64,000 bases of DNA, taken from positions 186,001-250,000 of the forward strand of contig OX597826.1 of the NCBI GenBank assembly GCA_951406725.2. The letters run 5' to 3'. The translations under genes were made by a program, and so were the position numbers. Below the pieces are notes generated by a model. That model had not been told where the DNA came from and did no database searches. It saw only the letters and a list, made by a program, of their open reading frames with translations. The DNA comes from Octopus vulgaris. Lineage: Eukaryota. This document shows, piece after piece, positions 14,173 through 26,664 of this stretch (the first letter of the stretch is position 1; each line of letters begins with the position of its first letter).

Positions 14173-14880
14173 ACTAGTAGAGATACCCGGAGTTGCCCGT
14201 GTTACATGCAATTGGAGAATTAGACTTTTCTGTTATATTTTCTGTAATGAACTGGAATATCTATGTTTCGAATTTCATCAAAATTGCAGATGAGGGTTAT
14301 TTCCCTCTTTACACACCCTAAAAAATTGTAATCGTGCCACATGTATCCTATGCTACTGATTTTTATGCGCATATTCCAAAATTCCAGTCTTATAGAACCT
14401 GTTCAAAGGATTTGCTCCTGAAAAATGGAGGTCATGGAGCTATAAAATGTGAGAGCTAAGGCCCCTATTGGGGGTGGGCATCTTCATGACATCCAGAGAA
14501 GTTGAATTGTTGAGAATCTTTTTAACTTGGTTCTTATATCTATTGTTTGAATTTCTTTGAAATAGGAAATATATGCTCACTGGGTTTGTAAAAGAGAGCA
14601 AAGCTACCGGAAACCAAAAGACGAATGATCACAATAAGCAGTCAGTTACCCTACCCTAGTCGTTACCACTCCCAATGTAGGATTTCTCACCATCCAGGTG
14701 ACAGGCACAGCCGTAAGATGCATTACGAATCTATAGCTATTGGAAGGGCGTGACCCAACTGAAATAAACATTAACAACCGTGTGATGTGAGGGCTAATGA
14801 GAAATGAAAGTGTCACCTCTGGAATTTGCAAATGACCACTATAGAGATACGTAACTTGACAGAATAAAATTACAATCTAT
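14173..14880 (-). mobile_element. Non-autonomous Helitron-like fragment (3' CTAG end with subterminal hairpin)
   Basis: actagtagagatacccggagttgcccg resembles the terminus at 20872; far boundary uncertain. Confidence 0.5.
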
Positions 14881-15290
14881 AAATGTTTTTGCATAACCAG
14901 TCACTCATCTGGGAAGGCCTTGAAATCAATGTTACCATCTGGAGTCCAGATGGTAACATTGACAAAGACCCACACATACACTTACATATATACATACATA
15001 TATATACGGATGATTTGTTTCAGTTCCTGTCTACGAAATCCATCATCATCATCATCATTATCGTTTAACGTCCGCTTTCCATACTAGCATGGATTGGACG
15101 ATTTTGACTGAGGGCTGGCGAACTAGATGGCTGCACCAGGCTCCAATCTTGATCTGGCATGGTTTATACAGCTTGATGCCCTTTTACATGCGGTGTCCTT
15201 TTACGTGCGGTGCCCTTTTACGTGCCACCGGCACGGAAGCCAGTAGGACGCTCTGGCAAAGATCACGCTCAGATGGTGTTCTTGGCACTC

Positions 15291-15355
<65 letters not shown>

Positions 15356-15358
<3 letters not shown>

Positions 15359-16642
15359 GGTGGGGGAAGCAAAATTTACCATGAACAATAACTTGTCTTT
15401 TCTCAGCAGGCACTGAGTCAGTTGTTTTGAAACCTAGCATATATTGATGTCATATTCATACTTAACGCTATTATCCTTACCTTTTTAGAAACTTTTGCCC
15501 ATATGAGTAATCAGGAAAGCAAACATCAAACAGTGTGTGATTTGCTGAATGCGCTCGTCACACCAAAAAGATTTCAAGAATAGGTGGATTGTCCATAAAG
15601 ACTGTTTATAATGTAAAGAATAGAATGACTATGAGCAAAACTATCACGAGGAAGTCTGGAAGTGGAGGAATCAACAAAAAATGTACCAAAGTTTTTATTA
15701 AAGCTCTCAAATTCAAAATCCTTAAGGATCCAATCAAATCCATGAGAAAAATGGCAATTGAACTTGAGGTAGACAACAAGACCATTAGAAATGTAGTAAA
15801 ATATGATTTGAGGTTAAAATCTTACAGAAGAACACCAAAACACTTGTTGACAATAGCTATAAAGGAAAAGAGATTGGAAAGGTGCAAGAAAATTATTACA
15901 TGGTTCAAGAAATAGTCCTCCATTGTAACGATATTTTCAGATGAAAAGATCTTCACTGTCGATGCTGTTCTGAACCGCAGAAATGACAGATTTATCGCAA
16001 AATCAACAGCTGAGGTTAAGGGGACATTCAAAACAAAACATCCTGCTCAAGTTATGGCTTTTGGTGTTGTGGCTTCCGATGGAAAGAAAATGTCTATAAA
16101 ATTCTACAAAGCTGATGAAAAGATCAATGCTAATACTTACTACAAGACTCTGAGATACCAGGTACTGCCATGGCTTAAACCAAACTACCCAGATGGTAAT
16201 TATGTATGGACACAGAATGGTGCTCCAGCCCACACAGCTAGAAAAATACAAGATATCTGCAAATCCAACTTAAGCAATGTTTTGGAATCATGTTTATGGC
16301 CGCCTTCCAGCCCAGATCTAAACCCTCTGGATTATGCTATTTGGGGCTTTTTAGAACAAGCTACCAATAGAATATCACACAGCAATGTCGACTCTCTTAA
16401 AAATACTATTAAAGAAGAATGGGAGAAGTTGTCTCCCGAATATTTTAGGAACACTTGTGCAAGTTTCAGGAAGCGTGTGAGGGCAGTTATTGAGAAAGAA
16501 GGACACATAGAATAAAACCAGTTTCTATTATGAAAATTTTCTTGTGGCAAATAAATTCTCATGACTTTCAATAAACTAATTAGTCATAAACTGTCTTTCA
16601 ATCCCTGCCTCAATATATTGTAAATTTTGCTTCCCCACCCTG
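15356..16642 (+). mobile_element. maT (DD37D) Tc1/mariner-superfamily DNA transposon, full length, in TA
   Basis: TIRs cagggtgggggaagcaaaatttac / gtaaattttgcttccccaccctg, TA flanks. Confidence 0.92.
15503..16515 (+). pseudogene. DD37D transposase, disrupted (frameshift, stop, second catalytic D changed to N)
   Basis: IFSDEKIFTVD...WTQNGAPAHT...WPPSSPDLNPLDY; 37 residues between the second and third catalytic positions. Confidence 0.9.
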
Positions 16643-16761
16643 TATATATATATGGTCTGTTCGCTTAGCCAGCGGGGTGGCGTCATTGAAGGCTAAAAAA
16701 ATGCGAAGCGCATTGTGACCAGCGATGTGTAGCAACATCTGATGGCCTGGTCGGTCATGTG

Positions 16762-16814
<53 letters not shown>

Positions 16815-16825
16815 TTTATAGAAGG

Positions 16826-16876
16826 AGCTTCTACAGGACTAGAACTGTTTCATTCAAAAGAAATCATCAGGAAGCT
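16826..16876 (-). ncRNA. Minimal type I hammerhead ribozyme
   Basis: agcttc CTGATGA tttcttttgaat GAAACAG ttctagtc CTGTA gaagct. Confidence 0.8.
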
Positions 16877-16922
16877 CCTGATGATTTCTTTTGAATGAAA
16901 CAGTTCTAGTCCTGTAGAAGCT
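16873..16922 (+). ncRNA. Minimal type I hammerhead ribozyme (1-nt bulge in stem I)
   Basis: agctc CTGATGA tttcttttgaat GAAACAG...CTGTA gaagct; predicted cleavage after 16916. Confidence 0.75.
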
Positions 16923-17004
16923 CCTTCTATAAAATAAATTAATTTACTCTGCTATGTATTGAGTACCTTATTTACTGTGGTTAACCCCGACTCAACCCGG
17001 GACC

Positions 17005-17044
<40 letters not shown>

Positions 17045-17062
<18 letters not shown>

Positions 17063-17420
17063 AAGATAAATTGATAGATACAACTGAGTGGGCAACAAAA
17101 ATATTTTGATAAGCCCGGTACTTATACTATCAGTTTCTTCGTGTGAAACCAGTAAGTTATGGGGATGTAAATAAACGAACACCAGTTGTGAGGCAATGAT
17201 GAGGGAGAAACACAAAGACACATACAGAGACTTACATATATACGTACATATATATACGATTGATTTCTTTCAGTTTCGGTCTACAAAATCCACTGCCAAG
17301 GCTTTGGTTGGTTTGAGGCTATAGCAGAAGACACGTGCCAAGTTACCACACAGTGGGACTGAACTGAGGACCATGTGTTTTGGAACCAAGTGTGTTACCA
17401 CACAACCACACCTGCACCTA
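17045..17420 (-). mobile_element. tRNA-derived SINE (abundant family)
   Basis: Reverse complement of the 33052-type consensus. Confidence 0.75.
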
Positions 17421-18922
17421 TGTATGTGTGTGTGTGGGGGGGAAGGAGGTGTGTTTATGTATGTATGCATGTATATATGTGTACATATTACATGTACATC
17501 TATATATATATACATCTACACATACATGTAAACATATACATCTATATCTATGGAAATACATGTATACATATACAGCTACAAATATACATGTATACATATA
17601 CATCTAAAAATAAATATACGTTTATACATATACATCTATATATATATATATACATGTATATATATATACATGTAAATTTAAATTTAAGATAAGGGTGAAA
17701 ATTTTGAATATTAATTTCATTAATATGAATTGAAAACCAGTGGTGTAGCATATAAGACCATAGCGGATCTTCTTCTAGCAAAATGGATGTCCACTGTTAA
17801 TGGTTCATCTCTCTTATATAATAGTTTCACTTTATTAGTTTCTGTGTTAAAGTGAAAGCATGTGACATTACAATATAGAGATGTTTTTGTTTCACTTTTA
17901 ACACGTAATACTGAAATAGTGGAGAAGATATGATATTGCTGTGGGCTCGCCCTAGGCAAGAAGTTAACAATCTTTTTGCCCATGACACTACATGGACCCT
18001 AAGTAAGGTATGTGTAAAATTTGAATGAAATTGGCTGTGTAGTTCTCAAGTTTTAGGGCTTCACACAGACAGACACACATTCTCAGTTTTATATATATAT
18101 ATATATAATTATTATTTGAGGGAATAAAATCCAAACTTATAAAGAAAAAGAATTCAATTTAGAAATACTAAATCAAATTCCACACAATATAATATATAAA
18201 TAAAATATTAGAAAAAAAACCCACCTTTTATCAATTCAAAATGAATAATTAAATTACACCATCTAGAAAATTACATATAATAGAAAAGTTAAAATTAAAA
18301 TAACAATAAAAAGTAAAGGTTTAGTAAATTACAAAAATAATATAATGTATATAATAGGTAGCTATATAGAAGTCATTTGTCCAAGGTGCTACGTAGTGGG
18401 ACTGAACGCGGAATAACGTGATTGGGAAGCAAGCTTCTTACCACACAGCTACGCCTGTGCATCTTCTTTATTTGGATTTCATATTGGTAACTTCAGAGTG
18501 AAGTTTTCAATAATTGAATCACTTTTCCGAAATAAGTTTATTTTTCATTTTCATTTTATTTTTACTTTGGTTTTATTGTTATTTTATTTTCATAAAGCGA
18601 ATTAGTTATTCAATGACGTCACTAATGATTGAATGAATCCCTTATGTTGACTTTGATTTAGGGCTTTCTTTTTGTTAACGTTTATTAAGTGCTAAACTTT
18701 TTTCAGATGTTCGGTTAAAATTTCATCAATTTGAATTATCTTGATGATGTATTAACATATATTTTTGAAGATATTATTAGTTTTTAATAATATTGTCTAT
18801 ATGCATATATATATGTATATGTGCATGTATATGATTGCATGTGTGTGTGAGAGAGTGTGTGTTAATGTAAATGAAAAAGCTGTTGGATTTTGAAGGTGAA
18901 ATCCAACATATCATTTGTTGTA

Positions 18923-18969
<47 letters not shown>

Positions 18970-18979
18970 ATAAAATAAG

Positions 18980-19232
18980 ATAAATGCGCCCTTTTAAAGC
19001 CTAGCCAGGCACATGGGGCCAGTTTCTCGCTTTCAATGACATATGTGTTATCCAGCTGGACGGGACGCCAGTCCATCGCAGCGTTACTCATTTTTGCCAG
19101 CTGAGTGGACTGGAGCAACGTAAAATGAAGTGTTTTGCTCAAGAACACAACGCGTCGCCCGGTCCAGGAATCGAAACCCCAATCTTACGATCATGATGCT
19201 GACACCCTAACCACTATGCCACGCGCCTCCAC
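18980..19232 (-). mobile_element. tRNA-derived SINE with V/Meta-like central domain
   Basis: Minus: A box tggcatagtgg, B box gtttcgattcc, gcgatggactggcgtcccgtccag motif. Confidence 0.75.
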
Positions 19233-19235
19233 ACA

Positions 19236-19287
<52 letters not shown>

Positions 19288-19564
19288 GACTGCTTCTCTG
19301 GAAATACCCCAACTTCACGCCCAACTGACCTTAGCCGTTTGTTTTATACCAAATATAATCATCTGTTCGTTTTCCTCCCCTCCTTTTCTCTATCTCCTAT
19401 CATGATACGTATTCCCCTCTTGATTTCCCCACCTATATAATATCTTCCCCACAGACTCATCCTGCATACACACTTAATTATTTCTTTTTATTTCCTCCTG
19501 GTACTTTCCTAACAACAAGGTCTGATACACTCACAATGTAATTGCACGTCTTTGTCTGCTTTTC

Positions 19565-19623
<59 letters not shown>

Positions 19624-19926
19624 CACCGTCACCGTGACCGACCAGGCTATCAGATGTTGTTTCACATCGCTGGTCACAATGCGTTTCGCATTGTTTTAGC
19701 CTTCAAATGACGCCACCCCGCTGGCTAAGCGAGCAGGCCAACAGAAGAAAGAGTGGGAGAAAGTTGTGGCGAAAGAGTACAGTAGGGATCGCCAACTCCC
19801 TGCCAGAGCCTCGTGGAGCTTTTAGGTGTTTTCGCTCAATAAGCACTCACTACGCCCGGTCTGAGAATCGAAACCGCTATCCTACGACTGCGAGTCCGAT
19901 GCCCCAACCACTGGGCCATTGCGCCT

Positions 19927-19930
<4 letters not shown>
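19624..19930 (-). mobile_element. tRNA-derived SINE
   Basis: A box tggcccagtgg, B box gtttcgattc; tail also at 16653-16765; head shared with 49767 and 59121. Confidence 0.8.
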
Positions 19931-19973
<43 letters not shown>

Positions 19974-20019
19974 CACACGCACACATACACATATATCTAT
20001 ATATATATATATATATATA

Positions 20020-21689
20020 CAGGGGTTGGACAAAATAATGGAAACACCTAGCATCATAGCATCATGATTTTTAAGTATCTATAAAATTGTAAATAAACTT
20101 GTTTATTTTTGTTTTTTGATTTATTAGTGTTACTTAATACGTTTCGCTAAAATTGCTGTTTCTTTTCAGATATCATCAGTAAAAGGTAATCAAAATTCAT
20201 TAAAATGACAGATCTATCGCACTTTCAAAGAGGTCAAATTGTTGGTGCTCGTATGGCAGGCGCTAGCGTAACGAAAACAGCCGAAATGCTTGGTGTATCA
20301 AGAGGTATTGTCTCGAAAGTAATGGCAGCCTTTCAGAAAGAGGGAAAAACCTCCTGGTCGAAATAAAACTCCGGAAGAAAATCAAAACTTTCAGATAGGG
20401 ACCGTCTGATTCTCACGCGAATTGTTAGAAAGGATAACAAAAGTACAGCTCCCAGAATTACCGTAGAGCTTAATCGACACCTCGAAAACCCAGTTTCCAC
20501 AAAAAATGTTCGTCGCTAGATTTCACGGAATTTCACGGAAAGGCTGCCATTAGAAAACCATTACTTTCAAAAACAAACGTTGCAAAGCTATTAGAGTGGA
20601 GTAAAAACCGACAGAATTGGTCTCTAAAGTAGTGGGAAAATGTTATTTTTTCGGAAGAGTCATCCATTATCTTATTTTCGATCACCGGCCGAGTATACCT
20701 GTGGAGACAGTAAAAAGAAGCATTTGACCCAGACTGCCTTCTTCCAGCTGTTAAACATGGAGAGGGATCTGTGATGATCTGGCGGGCTATATCTTGAAAA
20801 TCCGCCGGCCTAATGGTTTCCCTTTATAGCAGAATTAATAGTCAAGACTATTTAAGCATTTTATCTGATCACTAGCAGCATAGCCCGGCGTTGCCCGGGT
20901 ATGTAAGAGCCCCTAGTAGGCAACGACTAATCCCAATCTAGTCCTTTCCCTCTAGGGAACGAAGGCGCATGTGTAGGTTGCAATGTCTTCTCTTCACTCC
21001 CAAATAACTATCAAACAGCTATCGATAATTCAACCCAACCAATTCCTACCAGGAAGAAATTACATTCGAGACTTTACCCCCAACATCGTCACTTCTGCTA
21101 ATAGCTGCTACAGCCGCAAGTTATTCGAATACTTTTTTTGTTTAAACTTTCTTTATAACTACCACCCCAAACCTTAAATTTTTGACGTACCCTAAGGGTC
21201 CTCGGACGCTACTTGCAAACTCTTGGTTTATTATAAACCGATTTTGTCGTGTGCACCAAAAAACCTTTTCCATTCGTTTGTTCAGTTTGGTCACTTTTGA
21301 CTTTTTCGTTGTTGTCACTCACATTGCTGCCCGCTTTTTTGCATATAAAAAGCTTAGATTCTCGACCCCATGTCGAATTTATCAATTTTTTTCAGAACTG
21401 GAGGAACTTTTCAAAATTTTCGCTGCGTTAGTTTTGAATTATGACATTGGGCTATGTGTGTGTCAAGTTTCATCAGAATCGGTTGAAAGCCGTGGTCAGG
21501 GTGAGGGTACAACCTGACAGACACACAGACAGACAAACTGCCGTTTATATATAGAGAGATATTCATCCTATGGTTGCAGAACTGTTTGTAGAATTCAAGC
21601 TGTAATTACTGCCAAAGGCAGTCCTACCCCAAATTAAAATTAATTTGTTTGTAATTTTAAAGTGTTAACATTATTTTGTCCAACACCTG
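20020..21689 (+). mobile_element. Tc1-like DNA transposon, internally deleted, interrupted by a Helitron
   Basis: TIRs caggggttggacaaaataatg / cattattttgtccaacacctg; MTDLSHFQRGQIVGARMAGASVTKTAEMLGVSRG from about 20205. Confidence 0.88.
20872..21559 (-). mobile_element. Non-autonomous Helitron
   Basis: 5' TC, 3' hairpin cccgggcaacgccggg + CTAG, inserted at A|T without TSD; host reads LSDH|IHPMV across the site. Confidence 0.85.
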
Positions 21690-22019
21690 CATATATAGAA
21701 AGAAGAAGTATATTCCCACGCAGGAAAAAATATAAGAGAATTTGTTTTGCTCTAAAAAAACGTTGTCTTTTTAATTAGATTTATTCACATACTAAACTGG
21801 TTTGTGTTGTGGGAAAACGACTTCACGCTTTTGAGATTGAGATGTATTTTCAAATAATCACACACAACATACACGGGCTAAATTGCACAAAAGGAGGATC
21901 GTTGTGGTTTTCATCAGATAATTGTAAACAGACACAAGAACCAGAAAGATCCTAAAAGGAAAAACACGATAACTGTTATCTCCAAGATAAGTTTACTGTT
22001 GCATTATTATTGAGTTTTA

Positions 22020-22450
22020 AAGGCGGCGAGCTAGCAGAAACGTTAGCACGCCGGGCGAAATGCTTAGCGGTATTTCGTCTGCCGCAACGGTCTGAGTTCA
22101 AATTCCGCCGAGGTCGACTTTGCCTTTCATCCTTTCGGGGTCGATTAAATAAATACCAGTTACGCACTGGGGTCGATATAATCGACTTAATCACTTTGTC
22201 TGTCCTTGTTTGTCCCCTCTATGTTTAGCCTCTTGTGGGCAATAAAGAAATAAGAAACGCTAGCATGCCGTGCGAAATGCTTAGCAGTATTTCGTCAGTC
22301 TTTATGCTCTGAGTTCAAATTCAGCTGAGGTCGACTTTGCCTTTCATCATTTTGGAGTCGATAAATTAAGTACTAGTTGCATACTGGGTTCGATCTAATC
22401 GATTGGCCCCCTCCCTCAAAATTTCGGCCCTTGTGCCTAGAGTAGAAAAG
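22020..22450 (+). mobile_element. Dimeric tRNA-derived SINE with Nin-like domain
   Basis: Two tandem units with gagttcaaat B box and gactttgcctttcatc...gtcgat; fragments also near 13125, 46517, 51535, 60645. Confidence 0.8.
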
Positions 22451-23169
22451 TTTATTATTTAGTCTTAGTTTCACAACTTGTCGGAAATGGGCCACTGTCG
22501 GTTTGTATCGAGGTTGTCTATGTTTTCAGACAGGCTGGTGGGATCTTTTGTGTCCATGTCTATCTCGGAAAACCCGCTGTCATCCCTGAATGTTTCCTTT
22601 TTTTTTTTAATTTTTGGTTATTTCATGATACTGTGAACGTGACTTTGTGCCAGTGTGACCGATATTTTGCTGCATCTACAATGATGAGCCGACAAGGTTT
22701 TTGTAAGATAATTTAAATATTTTTAGTTGTTTCCCTATGTTAACCTGAGATACATACTTATAAACGATGTGTAGATAATTTTATATCTATGGGTGAAAGT
22801 GTTTCAGTATATGCAACAGTTTTCCTCATTTCGTACTTTTCACCCGTTTGAAGTCAAACTTTGTTACAAGTAAGTTCTAAATCAGGAAGTCAAATATCAG
22901 AAAAAACTCTGTTCAAATAAATTTGTATTTAAGTTTATCATATTTTTGTATCTTTTTTTTTTATTTTGTAATCTACCGTGCACTTGCCGTACACTTGCCG
23001 TACACTTGTATGTACACGCGGTAGAGGTGCACATTGTAATGTATGAGTAGAAAATAAATGACTCCAAAGTTTAAGCCATTGTTCGATTTTGTTATCACAG
23101 TGGTGATTGAGAACCCCGCTCGCCTAGATATATGTACGAAGCAGCAACACTAAATCATCCAAAATTAAA

Positions 23170-23680
23170 AGTAGGGCTTGTGAACTCGCAGTAATTCTTC
23201 GGCTACCACTTCTGGTTCTTTCTGGATGCATGGCCAGGAGTTGAATCTTACTGTCACGCAGATAGCCTTCCTGCAGCAAACATCTCCAGCTAGCGATTGA
23301 TCATAGCCTCTAGCAGCTCTACATAATCATCTGATTTGAGCCAAAGGCCCTGTTCAAATATGTTGGAAGGATTCCTGCGTCTCTCTTGCTACAGGCCATG
23401 GCTTCGTAGTCTCTCTTGCAGCTGTCCACGTCACGTCTTACAACCTTTGCAATGTTCACAGAGCAGTCTGATGCCGGCATTTCGATACTCGGCATGAATC
23501 ATCATGATTCAAATAACACTTTTCCAATATTCAAATGGCTTCCAGTCCTCCACGTTAGCTAACTTTTTCTCAACTTCAACTTTAATCTTAATATTCTCCA
23601 ACATGGTTGACTGTTCACAAATACATGAAACTCTTCATGAGAAAAGCAGACATAATCGTCAAATTTAGGCCGAACATCCT
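23170..23680 (-). mobile_element. Decayed maT/mariner transposase fragment
   Basis: Minus: IFEQGL...SDDYVELL...DSTPGHASRKNQKW. Confidence 0.6.
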
Positions 23681-23877
23681 ATACACACTCACACACAAAC
23701 ACACACACACACGCGCGCAAACACACAGTCGGCTAGCTAGCTAGCTAGATAGATAGATAGTAGATAGACAGACAGACAGACAGATAGATAGACAAACAGA
23801 CAAATAGATAGATAGATAAATAGATAGATAGATAGACAGACAGACATATAGATAGATAGATAGATAGATAAACAGAC

Positions 23878-24006
<129 letters not shown>

Positions 24007-25944
24007 TGTTTCTTTATTAGCCACACAGGGCTGCACACAGACAGGACAAATTACAAGGTAGAGTTTTTCTTTTGGGGGTAAAAAAAAGGGGGGTTGGTTT
24101 TCGATCAAAAGGGATCGTAAAAGGAAAGAAAGAGGACAAAAAAGGGGGGATAAAATTTTTAAAAAATAAAAGGGGGGAGGAAACGAAAAAAATTGATCAA
24201 TAGGGATCGTTATCACAGAAATGTCAATATGAAGTGTAAAGGGGAGGACAGGTGAGGTTTACCCGTGGAAAGAAAAGTCTACGGAAAAGACCACGGTAAC
24301 CTCGGTCAATGAAGTCACATGTTATATTTCTTTTTTTTTCTTTTTGCAAATAAGCAACTCTCTGTATTAATTTTTACGGTTCATATAGAATCATAGTCAA
24401 GGTGGCTTCGTCATTCATACGTGCCATCCTTGCTACATTCACCCATCTGTTTTTTAAAACATTCACTAGACAACACTTGCCTCTCTACTCTCACTTTCCT
24501 CTTCAAGTGATACTTGAAGAAGTTGATGAGAGATTGACCAGAGAGGAAAGTGTTTGTCTCTAATCCTTTCAGGCGCGTCCACCAGATACATTCTTTCGCC
24601 ATAGCCACAAGTATGATAAAAAAAGCTCTTTCTTCCCGTTTGAAGGAAGGAGGCGTGACGATATTAACGATAGACTCGGCTGATAAACCGACACGTCCCA
24701 CACGTGACAGCAGTCGTTCGACATAAGCCCACAGGTCGGAGATTGTTGGACACTGCACGATTGCGTGCAGAGCGGTTTCGTCGCTCTGCCCGCATCTCGG
24801 GCAGGTCGGCCCCGTGTTTCTCAAGCCATGCCTATAGAGCTTATCCCGAACGGGTAGCGCTTCTCGGTAGCACCGCCAGGCCAGGGATCTCTGGAAGTTG
24901 TCCATAGGTCCCGGTCCGAAAGTCGTTTCAAACAGGCGGGTCAGGTATTCCTCGTCGACGCCCAGGTTTGCCCCAAGATCGTCGTCGTACCTCACCTCCA
25001 CTAATCCCCTATAGAATGCTTTGGTTGTGTTGAAGTCACTCAAGGTCGACCCGGGACGGCAGAGTTGCTTGAGAGCAACGTGACACTCGCGGTGCCATTC
25101 GCCCTTCCTCGGCCTCCTTTTGATCCACGACTGCAGTTCGATCATGGAGACGAGCTGCGGGAACGCGTGCCTCACAAACGGCGACCACACCTGTTCACCG
25201 TCGTCGACATAGAGCCGGAGATGTCGCAGTCTCAGCGCATGTCTGCGCATCATCAACCATGGCATACCCAGCCATCCTTTTAACGGGTGTTGACAGCAAA
25301 TGGATCGCCTGACCATCGGGACGCATCCTTTCCACAAGAAGCGGAAGAGAATGCGTTCTAGTTTGGTGATGGTAGAGTCGGGACAAGGTACGACGGTCAG
25401 GCGGTAGTAGATTATGGACGCGATGTACGTGTTCGCCACCTCCGCCCGACCTTTTAGGGACAGTTTCCTCTCGGCCCATTGCTGGGCGAGAGTGACCACC
25501 CTACTCGTTATCTCGTTCCAGTTCTTCTCCATTTGGAGGTCTGGACCGAACCAGACCCCGAGCAACTCAACCGGGCCGTCCGTTCAGCGTCCCACGACGG
25601 AGGTACTGGTGGACGGCATGGGCTTGCTTCTCCAGGTGCCGAGCCGCAAGCCCACTGACTTTTCCCGGTTGATTTTTGCTCCTGTCACCGCTCCGTAGTC
25701 TTTCAGTGTCTCGCCGACCAGCTCGATGTGCTCGTGGCTTGACACTATGACGGTGACGTCGTCCGCGTATGCAGACACGCTCGTCCCGCATCCAATTCTC
25801 GCGGGATGCCCCTCAGAGTCGCCAGCTTCCGCAGTAGTGGCTCAAGAGTCAATACGTATAGAAGCGCCGAGAGGGGGCATCCCTGACGGACCGAACGTGC
25901 AATATCGAAAGGTCTCGATAGATGTCCATTTACGCAAATTACCG
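24007..25944 (-). mobile_element. 5'-truncated Tx1/L1-clade LINE in (GATA)n
   Basis: VRQGCPLSALLY, SAYADD, zf-RVT CPRCGQSDETALHAIVQC; AATAAA followed directly by (TATC)n. Confidence 0.92.
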
Positions 25945-25981
25945 AGACAGACAGACAGATAGATAGATAAACAGACAAATG

Positions 25982-26040
<59 letters not shown>

Positions 26041-26076
26041 GGATAGATGGATAGATAGATAGACAGACAGACAGAC

Positions 26077-26183
<107 letters not shown>

Positions 26184-26284
26184 TAGATAGATAGATAGAT
26201 AAATAGATAGACAGATAGATAGATAGATAGATAGATACATACATACATACATACATACATACATACATACATACATAGACAGAC

Positions 26285-26346
<62 letters not shown>

Positions 26347-26664
26347 TAGATAGACAGACAGACAGACAGATAGATAACTTTTTATTGTGGCCACACAGGG
26401 CTAAACACAGAATAAAAATGGACGAAATACAATGTAGAAATTTTTCTTTTCGAGGTGGGATGAGTAGGGCACAAAAAAAAAACGTTTGATCAATAGGGAA
26501 CTGTGGGTTGTGTGGTGCATAAAAAAGCAATATATATATATATAAAGTTCACAGTTTAGGTGTAGCCTTGGAAAGAAAAACCTGCAAAAAAGACCAAGGT
26601 CACCTCAGACAGTTCGAAAATGAACACATGAGTAAGTCGCCTTACTGCTCGTTTTCTCTTTTGG

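Larger units (their letters stand above)
16809..17007. mobile_element. Minimal HHR fold-back element: 64-bp perfect arms + 3' tail, in (TA)n
   Basis: 16809-16872 is the reverse complement of 16876-16939; tail matches about 58940-59025. Confidence 0.88.
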
